Shown: positions 19,359 through 29,153, numbered from the stretch's first letter. The stretch: DNA of 64,000 nucleotides from an uncultured Gemmatimonadales bacterium (GCA_963783305.1 CAWAMW010000016.1:608001-672000); one strand, 5' to 3'. The notes: generated by a model not told the origin, from the letters alone. Numbers and translations: made by a program.

Positions 19359-20657
19359 TTACTCCGGGTTCTCGCGGGGGGTGGACGTGTTGCCCGCATC
19401 CTCGAGGATGCGGACGGGGGCGTCGTTCTCGAGCTCTCGGATCGCCTGGTACGGTCCGGCGACAACGCTGTCGCCCTCCGCGAGCCCGCTCAGAACCTCG
19501 AAGTGCTCCCGGCCCGTGATCCCAACACGGACGGGGACGAAGTGCGCTTCACCGCCGCGGATCACGAACACGCCCTCGACATCCTCGTCGTCGGCGCCGA
19601 GCAGAGCCTCGGCGGCGGCTTCCTGATCCTCGGAGAGCTCGGTATCGAGCGCCTCCATATCGTCCCGCTCGCGCACGGTGAGAGCGATGATCGGGATTCC
19701 CAGGGTCTGGGACCGGCTCTCTGTGATCACCTCCGCGGTGGCCGAGAGGTCCGGGCGGATGGTGGGCGGTGGGGCATCCAGTGTGATGACGACCTCGAAG
19801 TCCACGGCCTGCGACTGCTGGCTCATGCCGCGTGTGTTCGGATCCACGGTCGAGCTATGCCCGATCTCCGTCACCCGCCCCGTGAACTTCTGCCGGGGGA
19901 AGGCATCGATACTGAGGGTCGTGCTGTCGCCCAGTGAAATATCCGGCACGTCGGTCTCGTCCACCCGGATCACCGCCTCCATCACGGTGAGGTCGCTCAC
20001 GGTGAGCAGCAGGCTCCCGGGGTTGTTCATGGTTCCCACGATGGCGGTCTCGCCCTGCTCGATGTTCAGGCGAGTGACCACCCCATCAATGGGGGCGCGG
20101 ATCACCGACTTTGCCAGCCGGTCCTCCGCCTCGCGCAAGGCCGCGCGGGCGATCTCGACGCCGTGCGCCGAGGCCTCGTGCAGCGCGCGCTGCACCTCCG
20201 CCTGGGTCTGCGCTTCCTCGAACTGCTGGCCGCTGATCAGCAGTGAGTCCATGGCCCGCATTTCCTGCGATCGCCGGAGCGCCTGTTCCGCCTGAAGCAC
20301 CGAGGCACGGGCCTGGGCCTCCCGGGCGAGCGACTCGCTCACTCCCGCCCGCGCCCGCGCTGCCGCGGCCTCATACTGCGTGGGGTCGATCCGGAGGAGG
20401 ACCTGTCCCTTCTCCACCCTATCCCCCTCCTTGATCCTCAACTCCGTCACGCGGCCCATGATGTCGGACTGCACGTCCACCGCCACCCGAGGCTGGATCC
20501 AACCGCTCGCCCGAACCATGGACTCCAGGTCCAGCGTCTCCACCACGGCGGCACGAACGCCCGTCGCGTCATCCGCTCTGCCGCGGAACGCCACCGCCAC
20601 GGCCGCAAGACCGACGAGAGTGCCGATGCCAAGGAAGATCTTCGTCTTACGCTTCAT
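19359..20657 (-). CDS. efflux periplasmic adaptor subunit (MacA/HlyD-like)
   Basis: N-terminal TM, lipoyl halves (GRVTELRIKEGDRVEKGQVL; IRAPIDGVV), VDETD; alternative TTG start at 20669. Confidence 0.92.
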   Translation of the reverse strand: MKRKTKIFLGIGTLVGLAAVAVAFRGRADDATGVRAAVVETLDLESMVRASGWIQPRVAVDVQSDIMGRVTELRIKEGDRVEKGQVLLRIDPTQYEAAAARARAGVSESLAREAQARASVLQAEQALRRSQEMRAMDSLLISGQQFEEAQTQAEVQRALHEASAHGVEIARAALREAEDRLAKSVIRAPIDGVVTRLNIEQGETAIVGTMNNPGSLLLTVSDLTVMEAVIRVDETDVPDISLGDSTTLSIDAFPRQKFTGRVTEIGHSSTVDPNTRGMSQQSQAVDFEVVITLDAPPPTIRPDLSATAEVITESRSQTLGIPIIALTVRERDDMEALDTELSEDQEAAAEALLGADDEDVEGVFVIRGGEAHFVPVRVGITGREHFEVLSGLAEGDSVVAGPYQAIRELENDAPVRILEDAGNTSTPRENPE

Positions 20658-20665
20658 GGTCGGTC

Positions 20666-22162
20666 TCAACGATTGGGGATCGACAGTTTCTGTCCGGTCG
20701 CCTGCTCCAGGGCGGTCAGGGCTTCCTGGAAGGTGTAGACTCCCAGAAGGTACTCACGGTCCGCCCGTGCCATCAGCGTTTCGGCTTCCATGAGCTCGAG
20801 GAACGCCGCTACGCCCACGCGGTAGCGCTCCCGGGCCAGGTGCAGCTGGTCACGCGCCAGCTCGAGGTTACGCTCCTCGAGACGCACGGCTTCATACGCG
20901 GTGCGGAGATCCCGGTAGGCCGTCTCCACGTCTGCCCGCGTGGCCAACTCCCGGGACCGCAGCTGCCAGCGGGCATCGTCGGCCTGCGCCCGGGCGGTCT
21001 CCAGCTGGTGCTTTCGGCTGAGTCCCTGGAACACCGGGACCGAAATACCCAGGGAGACCGACAGCGGCTCCTCCACGAAGCTGAAGGGGAACTGGTCGTT
21101 TTGCGAGAGCAGCTCGTCCCGGCGCTCGTCGGTGAACTCGAACGCGCTGCAGTCCTGCGCCTGCATGGGCGGGCTGAGCCGCGCGAGGATCTGGTTCGTC
21201 TGCACGCACTGGTCTCGGGCGTTCGCCGCCGACTCCTGGCCCTGCCTGATCAGGTACTCGTCACTGCCCACGCGCCGGGTGTACCCGGACATTCCGGTGC
21301 TGAGCGACAGGGACGGCCAGAACGCGCTCCGCGCCATGCCGACTCCCGCGTCCGCCGCCTCCGTCGAGGCCCGCGCCGCCTCCAGCTCCGGCTGCGACGT
21401 CATCGCCGCATCCACCAGCGATGCCAGCGACCAACGCGGCTCGAATACCGGCACCTCCGAGGTCAGCTCGATCTCCCGGTCCAGACCCGTCCCAACAAGC
21501 TGCAGCAGGCGGATTTTCTGATTGTGCAGCTGCGCCTTCGACCGTAGCACCCCCACTTCGGCACGGCCCCGCTCCACTCCCGCCTGCTTCGCCTCGATGG
21601 CCGTGCCCGCCTCCACCTGATACCGCGCCTCCGCCAGCGAGAGGTTGGCCTCCGCTCGCTCGAGCTCCGCCTCCGCCAGCGCCACGGCATCCTTCGCACG
21701 CAGCGCCGCCATGTACTGACGCGTGACATTCGCCTGCAGCGTCTGCCCCGCCGCGGTCAGCGACGCCAGCAGCGATCGCCTCGACGCCTTCTCGCGACCC
21801 ACCTGGTAGAAGTCGGCACCACTGAGACCCAGCCCGATCCTCATGTCGTAGCTCGAGTAGTAGTAGTCCGGCGTCTTCGTGAGTCCGATGTCCCCGGCCG
21901 TGAACCCTCCGATACGGGCCTGCCCTCCCTCCTGGTAGCTCAGCCCGCCGCTCACTGTCGCGGTGGGGAGGAACCCGCCATAGGCCGAGCGGACTCCCCA
22001 GTCCGCCACGCTCTCATCGTTGAGGCGCGCCCGGTAGTCGGGGCTGTTTTCCAACGCCAGCGCCACGGCTTCATCCAGACTGAGCGGCATGGGGGGCTCC
22101 TGGCCCGAGGCCGGCATGGCCAGGAGGAGAAGCGCTATCGTCAGCGAGATCGACTTATGCAT
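20666..22162 (-). CDS. TolC-family outer membrane efflux protein
   Basis: Signal peptide, LSLDEAV..AL, two OEP repeats (P.LSLS; VPVFQG; ARERYRVG). Confidence 0.92.
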   Translation of the reverse strand: MHKSISLTIALLLLAMPASGQEPPMPLSLDEAVALALENSPDYRARLNDESVADWGVRSAYGGFLPTATVSGGLSYQEGGQARIGGFTAGDIGLTKTPDYYYSSYDMRIGLGLSGADFYQVGREKASRRSLLASLTAAGQTLQANVTRQYMAALRAKDAVALAEAELERAEANLSLAEARYQVEAGTAIEAKQAGVERGRAEVGVLRSKAQLHNQKIRLLQLVGTGLDREIELTSEVPVFEPRWSLASLVDAAMTSQPELEAARASTEAADAGVGMARSAFWPSLSLSTGMSGYTRRVGSDEYLIRQGQESAANARDQCVQTNQILARLSPPMQAQDCSAFEFTDERRDELLSQNDQFPFSFVEEPLSVSLGISVPVFQGLSRKHQLETARAQADDARWQLRSRELATRADVETAYRDLRTAYEAVRLEERNLELARDQLHLARERYRVGVAAFLELMEAETLMARADREYLLGVYTFQEALTALEQATGQKLSIPNR

Positions 22163-22212
22163 GATGGTTCCAACCCTGAGTGGTCCGCCCGTCCTACTTC
22201 ATGGAGCCACTG

Positions 22213-22238
22213 TACGTTTGTGGCGGTGTGGTTGTTTC
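22213..22238 (-). promoter_or_regulatory. candidate ECF-sigma promoter of the TolC/MacAB operon 1
   Basis: Minus strand GAAAC-N17-CGTA, 50 nt before the TolC ATG. Confidence 0.5.
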
Positions 22239-22265
22239 GTGGCGGCCCAGGTTCCTTGCGCCATG

Positions 22266-22307
22266 GTGTACTGGCATACTAGTACACTGGCGTCGAAGCC
22301 CTGTCAA
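22266..22307 (-). promoter_or_regulatory. sigma-70-like promoter overlapped by a palindromic operator
   Basis: Minus strand TTGACA(22307-22302)-17-TACTAG; inverted repeat GTGTACT-N8-AGTACAC (22266-22287) covers the -10/TSS region. Confidence 0.6.
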
Positions 22308-22338
22308 CGACCACCGCCGTACCGGCACTCGACCGGGG

Positions 22339-23034
22339 TCAGGGGAGGCTGGCGCGCTCGGCCAGGTAGTCTTCGTCGGGGATGCGGAAGCGAAGAACCC
22401 GGTTCTCGGAATCCACCCATACGATGCGGAGCGGAAGACCCTGGGGCTCGACGCGGATGCGCCGCGCCTCTGTGTTCTGACCGCCGATGGTGATCTGTTC
22501 GGTGCCGGCGTCGGTGATGGTCGCGGGGACCTGACGGCTCTGGCGGGGAACGATCACGGCCACGCGTCCGTTGCCGCCGGTGGCGGACATCAGGAAATAG
22601 TGCTGGTGAGCGACGCCCTCATCGAGGAGGACGGCGCCGTCGCTGGCGAGGTACTCGCGCATCTGCTCGCCCGCGGTGGAAACGATGGTGGCGCGGAACC
22701 GGTTTCCGGCGGCCTGGCCCGAGATGCTTTGCTTCTGCGGACCCGTGACCTCAATCTGGTAGGCCGTAGGTCGGAGCGCCGGCCCCTCGAACTGGAGCAG
22801 GGATCGGGTCTGCTGGCCGCTGTCCAGGACGATGCGTCCCTGGGCGACGGTGGTGGAGCCTGGGCCCTCTCCGCTGCGTCGGATCGTGAAGGTCTCGGTG
22901 CCGACGGGCGTGCCGCGGACGGAGAGCCGGAAGGACCCTTCGTCGACCACGACGGTCTGCGAGTGCGCGGCGGCCGCAGTCGTGAAGATCGCGGCGAGGG
23001 CGAGGGCGAAGGATCGAATATGTCGAGCAGTCAT
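22339..23034 (-). CDS. secreted beta-rich hypothetical protein
   Basis: Sec signal peptide (AAAAHSQ), GGGAG RBS, alternating beta-strand pattern. Confidence 0.8.
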   Translation of the reverse strand: MTARHIRSFALALAAIFTTAAAAHSQTVVVDEGSFRLSVRGTPVGTETFTIRRSGEGPGSTTVAQGRIVLDSGQQTRSLLQFEGPALRPTAYQIEVTGPQKQSISGQAAGNRFRATIVSTAGEQMREYLASDGAVLLDEGVAHQHYFLMSATGGNGRVAVIVPRQSRQVPATITDAGTEQITIGGQNTEARRIRVEPQGLPLRIVWVDSENRVLRFRIPDEDYLAERASLP

Positions 23035-23111
23035 GAACGGTCTCCCGTGGAGTTGGGATGGTGGTACCCCGTGGGGGGTCGGGGGGTTCGGTCGCAGGGA
23101 ATGGGCCGCGG

Positions 23112-23852
23112 TCAGAGCGTGTCGGATTGGTGGTCGGGTCGAATGAAGACGGCGCGGCGTATCGCGTCGAGGATCCGGTGATAGATGAGGCGCCCTTTCT
23201 CAGTGGTGGCGAGGGTTGGTTTGCCGACGCAGCCGGTTCCACCGGGCGGAGGTGAGGGCATCCCGCCACGCATGTAGCGTCGGAACTCGTCGGGGGCCAA
23301 CTGGAAGTCGCGGGCCCGGTCCATCCGTACGAGATTCGGGTACAGGTGGAGCATGACGGAGGTCTCGGCCTCACCTGCGTGCTCGGCGCCTTCCTGGCCC
23401 TCGAGGAGGTCATGGATGGGAACGTCCCAGATGTCGATGACGCGGACGCGGGCGGTGGTGGTGATGAGGGTGGCGAGTGCCTCGAGGTGAGGATCGTGGC
23501 GGTGTGCCGTGATAATGATGAACTCCGTAACACCATGACCTTCCCAGCCGTCGAGCAACTCATTGAGCCCGCGGTGTAGAGTCTTTCGGCCGAGGGAGGC
23601 CGTTCCAGCGTACGCGCGTTCCGTGCGTACGTTGACGCCAAAGCCGAAGGTGGGGGCACGGAGGACGCGGAACTCTTCGGAGAGGTCCAGGCAGAACCTG
23701 CGGGCGATGAGTACGTTGCTGCCGAGGGGCAGGTGTGGCCCGTGCTGCTCGAGGGCGCCCACGGGGAGAATAAGACGGGGATCCCGGGCCAGGTGTGCGG
23801 CCACGTCGATCCAGCTGAGCTCGTCGAGTGCGAGAGGCGTATCGTTTTCCAT
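23112..23852 (-). CDS. creatininase/creatinine amidohydrolase-family protein
   Basis: ILPVGALEQHGPHLPL, HAGEAETS, G..G.PT.AT.EKG; the real start is ATG 23852 within the longer ORF. Confidence 0.88.
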   Translation of the reverse strand: MENDTPLALDELSWIDVAAHLARDPRLILPVGALEQHGPHLPLGSNVLIARRFCLDLSEEFRVLRAPTFGFGVNVRTERAYAGTASLGRKTLHRGLNELLDGWEGHGVTEFIIITAHRHDPHLEALATLITTTARVRVIDIWDVPIHDLLEGQEGAEHAGEAETSVMLHLYPNLVRMDRARDFQLAPDEFRRYMRGGMPSPPPGGTGCVGKPTLATTEKGRLIYHRILDAIRRAVFIRPDHQSDTL

Positions 23853-23861
23853 GCATACAAC

Positions 23862-26800
23862 ATGATGCCGTCGCGACGGCTCCGCACGGTGCTGGTGGTC
23901 ACCTTCGCCGCGCAGATCGGTCTCCTGCTGTGGAGCCGGTCGCTTACTCCGCTGATGCTTCTGGCCGCGGCGGCCGTGCTGGGGGCGGGGGTGGTGCTGG
24001 AGCGCGGGCGGGTTCGGCGCGAGCGTGGGGCGGCGGGAGTATCGGTGGCGCAGTTGGCTCTCGGGCTGGCGTTGATCGCAGCCGTGGTCACCACTGCGCG
24101 TCTGGAGGTCGGGTCTCGACAGTGGGACGCGGTGGGAGAGCGGCGTGAAGCGCAGCTGGCGGCGCGGTTGGAGGCGCGTCTCACGGGTGCGTTGACGCGA
24201 GCGCGTGCGGCCGCGCGGCTGTCGGCGGCCGCCGCGGAGTCGCCCAACCTCTTCGACGCCCTGGCGGAGATCCGGCGGAGGACAGGTGTGGAGGCGGTGA
24301 CGCGGCTGAGCGCGGCGGGTGGAGTGGAGGCGTGGGCGGGGGATCACCGGGGTCGGATTCCGAGCGCGGTGCTGGAACTGCGGGAAGGGGTCATCTTCCC
24401 TGGCGGCACGATGTTCGAGTACGTGTACGCCGTGGAGCGGACGCCGGCGGGTGGGGTGGGCGTGGCCGCGGTGCTGATTCAGGTGGGGCCGCCGTTGAGG
24501 GGAGCGACGGACGCGCTTGCGGAGCGTTTCGAAGCGGTGACGGGGGAACAGCCGCGGTTCGCCGGACCGGACGCGGCGGAGGTGGACTGGCGCCTGATGG
24601 AGGACGGCGCTCCTGTGCTGTCGGCCCGGTTCCCCGTACTGAGCCCCGCGGAGTGGCGGGGGCGGGTGGCGAGAACGGGTCGGCTGGCGGTGTTCGTACT
24701 GGTGCTCACCGCGCTCGCGCTCCTGTCGGCCACATGGCTGAAGGCGCTGCCGGACCGGGAAGGAGTGTACGGCATGCTGCCCATGGGCGCGCTGGCCGTC
24801 ACCCTGATGGCGGCGCCGCTCCGCCGCACACTCGGATTGGATCGCCTCTTTTCCCCGGGCTGGTTCGTCCTCCCTGTCCCCGGCGACTTCGTGATCGAGG
24901 GCGTGCTCGTCGTGCTGCTGCCGCTGGCGGCGCTGGTGTCGACGTTCCGCATGGGGGCTGTGCGCCCCAGGGACCTCTGGCTGCGGCTGGCGATCGGTGC
25001 CGCGCTGGCTGGTGGCGGCTTCGCGGTGGGTGTGGGCATCATGGCCCGAAGCGCGGGGCTGCCGATGCTCTCCTCGACAGGGCCGCTCTGGTACGTGCTG
25101 CATCCGGCGACGGTAGTGCTACTCGCGACGCTAGCGGCGCTGCTCATGCCCCGGTCGACCGAGGCTGAACCGGGCCGCAGGCTGGCGCTGTACGCGCTGG
25201 CGGGGGCGCTGCTCTCCGTCCTCCTCGCCCTGGGGCTGGCGGCCGGGTGGCGGCCGAGCCGGCCGCTTCCCACGCCGGTCCTCCTGGCGTGGAGCATCCC
25301 GTTCATCCTCCTGGGCAGGGCCGTGGCGGGATTCGCCGGTCGCGGGGACCGACTGGTGCGCTGGCTGGCGGCGGGCTGGCTGGCGGCCACGGCCGTGGTC
25401 CCTCACCTGTGGCTGACGAACCAGGACGCGCGTCTGCAGGAGGCGGAGCTGGAGATGGCCTCGTTCGGCGCGCGAGGCGACCCGTTCCTGAGCTACCTGC
25501 TGGACGAGTTTGCGCAGGCGGTGGTGAGCGCGGACGCCCGTGGAGAGGGTCGCCTGGACCTGATCTACGAGGCGTGGGTGGCCAGTGGGCTGGCGGCCGA
25601 GCCGTATCCGCTCGAGATGGTGCTCTGGGACGCGGAGCTGAGGCGGCAGGCGCACCTGCCGGTGGGGGTGCAGATGGAGGTGGGTGGGTTCGGCTACCGC
25701 GAGTTCCTGGACGTAGTGGACCGCGCGGTCGACGGTGGACAGGTGTCGAACGTTCCGGCACGGGGCGGGGGAGTGAGCCGCATCCTGGTGGTCCCGCTGA
25801 GCGACGGCCGTGCGGTGTCTGTGGCCGTGGCGCCCCGGGCGGCGTTCCGGCCGACCTCGGCGCTCACCGCCTTCATGGAGGGCGAGTCGCAGCAGAGCGT
25901 GACGCTCGACCTGCTGCCCGTCTCCGCGGTCACGGCTCCGGCGCTCCCGGATTTCCGGTGGCAGAAGACGCCGGAGGGCTGGCAGGCCGAGACGCTGCTG
26001 CGGGAGGGCTCCGACCTGTACCACGCGCACCTGGGCCTGAGACTGCCGCCGCCGGGGGTGCGCTTCGCCCGGGGCGTCCTCCTGATCACGCTCGACCTGC
26101 TCCTCCTCTCGCTGCTCTGGGGCCTCGGTCGACTGGCCCGCGGCGACCCGCCGGTGCCACCGGGTGGCTGGGTGGGGTGGCTGGGCGGATTCCGCGCCCG
26201 CGTCATCGTGGCTCTCTTCGCGTTCTTCCTGCTGCCGACCGCCGTGTTCGGGTGGGCGGCGTACCGCGCACTGGCCCAGGAGGTGAATCGGGCGGCGCAG
26301 CAGGTGGCGGAGCGGGCGGTGGTCCACGCGGCCGTGTCGCTGCCGCAGGCGGGGCTGGTGGAGACCGCCCGGAGGACGGGGGAAGACCTGCTGTACTACG
26401 ACCACGGGATGCTCGGTGCGACGTCCATGCCGGAGGCCGCGGAACTGGGCCTGTACAGCGCATGGATGCCGCCGCGTCTCTACCAGCGGCTTCGAACCAC
26501 GGAGGCGATGGGCGGCACGGAGATGGGCTCTCTGGCGGGACGCTCCTACCTGGTGGCGTATCGGCGGCTTCGGAGCCCTGCCGAGGCCGTGGCCGTGCCC
26601 GTCTGGCTGGCCGCGCGGGATGTGGCGGTGCGGCAGCGGGAGTTCGCGCATCTCGTGCTGTTCGGCGTGTTGGTGGGCGGGGCGCTGTCGCTGGCGCTCT
26701 CGGTCGTGGTGGGTCGCGCGCTGGCGCAGCCGATCCGTGAGCTGCGCCAGGCCGCGGCGGCCGTGGGCGGCGGGCAGTTCCGGGTGGATCTCCCGGAGGA

Positions 26801-27644
26801 TCGGGCGGACGAGTTCGGCGAGCTCTTCACGTCCTTCAACCATATGACCCGCCGGCTGCGTCGCGCCCGCTCGCAGGAGCTGCAGACGGCACGGATCCTG
26901 GCGTGGGGCGAGATGGCCCGTCAGGTCGCGCACGAGATCAAGAACCCGCTTACGCCCATCAAGCTGTCCATCCAGCACATCCGGCGTGCCTACCGCGACC
27001 GCCGCGAGGATTTCGATCCGATCCTGGAATCGAACGTCGAGCAGATCCTGACGGAGATCGATCGGCTGACAGAGATCGCCCGGGCGTTCTCCCGCTACGG
27101 CGCGCCGGAAGAGGTTGCGGGCGTGACGGAGCCCGTGGACGTGGCGGGAGTGGCCCGTGAGGTCCTGACGCTGTATCGCGCGCCGGACCGGGATGTCCGC
27201 TACCTCCTGAAGGTGGAGAGCCCGGACACCGTGGCGGCGGCCCGATCGTCAGAGCTCCGGGAAGTGATCGTCAATCTGCTGGAGAACTCCCGGGCGGCGG
27301 TGGGCGCCGAGGGGGTAGTGGAGGTCTGTGTGGATGCGCCGGGGAGCATGGTGCGGCTCGAGGTGCGGGATGACGGGGAGGGGGTACCGCCGGAGCTGCT
27401 GCCGCGCATCTTCGATCCGCACTTCTCCACGCGCTCTTCGGGCACCGGCCTGGGTCTCGCGATCGTGCGACGTCTCGTGGACAGCTGGGGCGGCGAGGTG
27501 GGGGCGGAGAGCGAGCGGGGGCGTGGCACGACGGTATGGGTTGCGATCCCCAAGGCCACGCCGCCGGTTCCCGGGGAGGGAGCCGGCGGCGTGGGGCCGT
27601 TGACGGAGATCGACGAGGGGGAGCCGGAGAGCGAGCCGGGCTGA
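23862..27644 (+). CDS. large multi-TM sensor histidine kinase (NtrY-like HAMP-HisKA-HATPase)
   Basis: Many TM segments; HAMP (DEFGELFTSFNHM); WGEMARQVAHEIKNPLTPI; NLLENS, DDGEG, GTGLGL; exact start uncertain. Confidence 0.9.
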   Translation: MMPSRRLRTVLVVTFAAQIGLLLWSRSLTPLMLLAAAAVLGAGVVLERGRVRRERGAAGVSVAQLALGLALIAAVVTTARLEVGSRQWDAVGERREAQLAARLEARLTGALTRARAAARLSAAAAESPNLFDALAEIRRRTGVEAVTRLSAAGGVEAWAGDHRGRIPSAVLELREGVIFPGGTMFEYVYAVERTPAGGVGVAAVLIQVGPPLRGATDALAERFEAVTGEQPRFAGPDAAEVDWRLMEDGAPVLSARFPVLSPAEWRGRVARTGRLAVFVLVLTALALLSATWLKALPDREGVYGMLPMGALAVTLMAAPLRRTLGLDRLFSPGWFVLPVPGDFVIEGVLVVLLPLAALVSTFRMGAVRPRDLWLRLAIGAALAGGGFAVGVGIMARSAGLPMLSSTGPLWYVLHPATVVLLATLAALLMPRSTEAEPGRRLALYALAGALLSVLLALGLAAGWRPSRPLPTPVLLAWSIPFILLGRAVAGFAGRGDRLVRWLAAGWLAATAVVPHLWLTNQDARLQEAELEMASFGARGDPFLSYLLDEFAQAVVSADARGEGRLDLIYEAWVASGLAAEPYPLEMVLWDAELRRQAHLPVGVQMEVGGFGYREFLDVVDRAVDGGQVSNVPARGGGVSRILVVPLSDGRAVSVAVAPRAAFRPTSALTAFMEGESQQSVTLDLLPVSAVTAPALPDFRWQKTPEGWQAETLLREGSDLYHAHLGLRLPPPGVRFARGVLLITLDLLLLSLLWGLGRLARGDPPVPPGGWVGWLGGFRARVIVALFAFFLLPTAVFGWAAYRALAQEVNRAAQQVAERAVVHAAVSLPQAGLVETARRTGEDLLYYDHGMLGATSMPEAAELGLYSAWMPPRLYQRLRTTEAMGGTEMGSLAGRSYLVAYRRLRSPAEAVAVPVWLAARDVAVRQREFAHLVLFGVLVGGALSLALSVVVGRALAQPIRELRQAAAAVGGGQFRVDLPEDRADEFGELFTSFNHMTRRLRRARSQELQTARILAWGEMARQVAHEIKNPLTPIKLSIQHIRRAYRDRREDFDPILESNVEQILTEIDRLTEIARAFSRYGAPEEVAGVTEPVDVAGVAREVLTLYRAPDRDVRYLLKVESPDTVAAARSSELREVIVNLLENSRAAVGAEGVVEVCVDAPGSMVRLEVRDDGEGVPPELLPRIFDPHFSTRSSGTGLGLAIVRRLVDSWGGEVGAESERGRGTTVWVAIPKATPPVPGEGAGGVGPLTEIDEGEPESEPG

Positions 27645-27665
27645 ATCGGCCCCGGCTGCGTCAGG

Positions 27666-29153
27666 TCACTGGCGCACCCGGAAGCTGCGCACGGCCTCGT
27701 TGCCCGTGGCGATGCTTCGGATCCGGAGGACCACGACGTCGCCCGGATCCACCTGTCTCACCCGCTCCTGGAGCTGAGGGACCGATCCCACCGGCTGACG
27801 GTTGAACTCCAGGATGATATCGCCCTGCTGGAGCTGACCTGCGGCGGGGCCATAGGGATTGACGCCGGTGATCACGACGCCGTCCACCGCCGTGCGGATC
27901 CCGAGCTGCTGGAGCAGCCGGGGATCGGGATCGGAGAGCTGGAGTCCCAGGCGACCCTGGGCAGAGCCGCGCTCGGAAGCGACCCGTATCGGCGTCTCCT
28001 CCACCTGAAACTCGCCGAGCTCGACCTCCACGCTCACCCTGCTGCCGTTCCGGATCACGCCGAGGGTAACCTTGTCGCCGGGCGTCTCCCGTGCCAGCCG
28101 GGTGGTGAGGTCGGGGCTGCTCCCGATCGGTTCGCCCTCCAGGGACACGATGACGTCCTCCGCACGCAGTCCCGCTTCGTCCGCGGGCCCGCCGGGCACG
28201 ACCTCGGATACGAACGCACCGGCGATCTGGTCCAGGCCGTACAACTCGGCCTGCGCCTCGCTCACGCTCTGGATCCGAACCCCGAGCTGGGGGCGCCGCA
28301 CATGCCCGAACTCGATGATGTCACGGGCGACCTTTACAGCCAGGGCACTCGGGACGGCGAACCCGTTGCCCGCGTACGCTCCCGTGGGCGAGGAGATGGC
28401 GGTATTCACGCCCACGACCCGGCCATAGAGATCCACCAGTGGCCCGCCCGAGTTGCCGCGGTTGATGGCCGCGTCCGTCTGGATGAACGACTCCAGCGAT
28501 GTCTCGCCCTGTATGATGCCGAGACTCCGTCCCTTGGCGCTCACGATCCCGGCCGTGACGGTGAACCCGAGGTTCAGGGGGTTGCCGAGGGCCAGCACCC
28601 AGTCGCCCACCTGGAGCCGATCGGAGTCGCCGACCCCGAGGGGGGTGAAAGGCTGCCCACGCTCGCTCAGCAGGCGGATCACGGCGATGTCGGTGTTGGG
28701 GTCACGACCTACGACCTCCACATCGTCATAGATGCGGCCGTCCGGGAACCGAACCTGGATGGTGATGGCGTTCTCGACCACGTGGTTGTTGGTGATGATG
28801 TGTCCTTCATCGGTGAAGACGAAGCCCGAGCCCGTGCCCATCTGCGGCGGCGCCTGCTGCTGCTGTCGCGGGTTGCCGAACGGGAAGGGGAACGGCGTGG
28901 GCGCCTCTCCTTCCGGCGGCTGTGCGGTGACCTGGACCGTCACCACGCTGGGCAGCGCGGTGGCGGCGGCCGCCCGGAACGTCCGTGACAGCGAGGCCGC
29001 GGTACTGGTGTCGATCACCGCCGGCACCTGCCCCAACTCCTCCTGCAGCGCTCGATCACGCTGCCCCTCCTGTGCGAGCGCGTCCCCTCGCCCGCACCCC
29101 ATGAGGAGGACCGTAGAGATCACCATCACCCGTCGAATCGCAAGACCGTTCAT
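27666..29153 (-). CDS. HtrA/DegP (Do) serine endoprotease with two PDZ domains, probable lipoprotein
   Basis: GSGF, TNNHVV, DIAVI, IQTDAAINRGNSGGPL; GGAGG RBS before ATG 29153; LLMGC lipobox-like. Confidence 0.95.
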   Translation of the reverse strand: MNGLAIRRVMVISTVLLMGCGRGDALAQEGQRDRALQEELGQVPAVIDTSTAASLSRTFRAAAATALPSVVTVQVTAQPPEGEAPTPFPFPFGNPRQQQQAPPQMGTGSGFVFTDEGHIITNNHVVENAITIQVRFPDGRIYDDVEVVGRDPNTDIAVIRLLSERGQPFTPLGVGDSDRLQVGDWVLALGNPLNLGFTVTAGIVSAKGRSLGIIQGETSLESFIQTDAAINRGNSGGPLVDLYGRVVGVNTAISSPTGAYAGNGFAVPSALAVKVARDIIEFGHVRRPQLGVRIQSVSEAQAELYGLDQIAGAFVSEVVPGGPADEAGLRAEDVIVSLEGEPIGSSPDLTTRLARETPGDKVTLGVIRNGSRVSVEVELGEFQVEETPIRVASERGSAQGRLGLQLSDPDPRLLQQLGIRTAVDGVVITGVNPYGPAAGQLQQGDIILEFNRQPVGSVPQLQERVRQVDPGDVVVLRIRSIATGNEAVRSFRVRQ

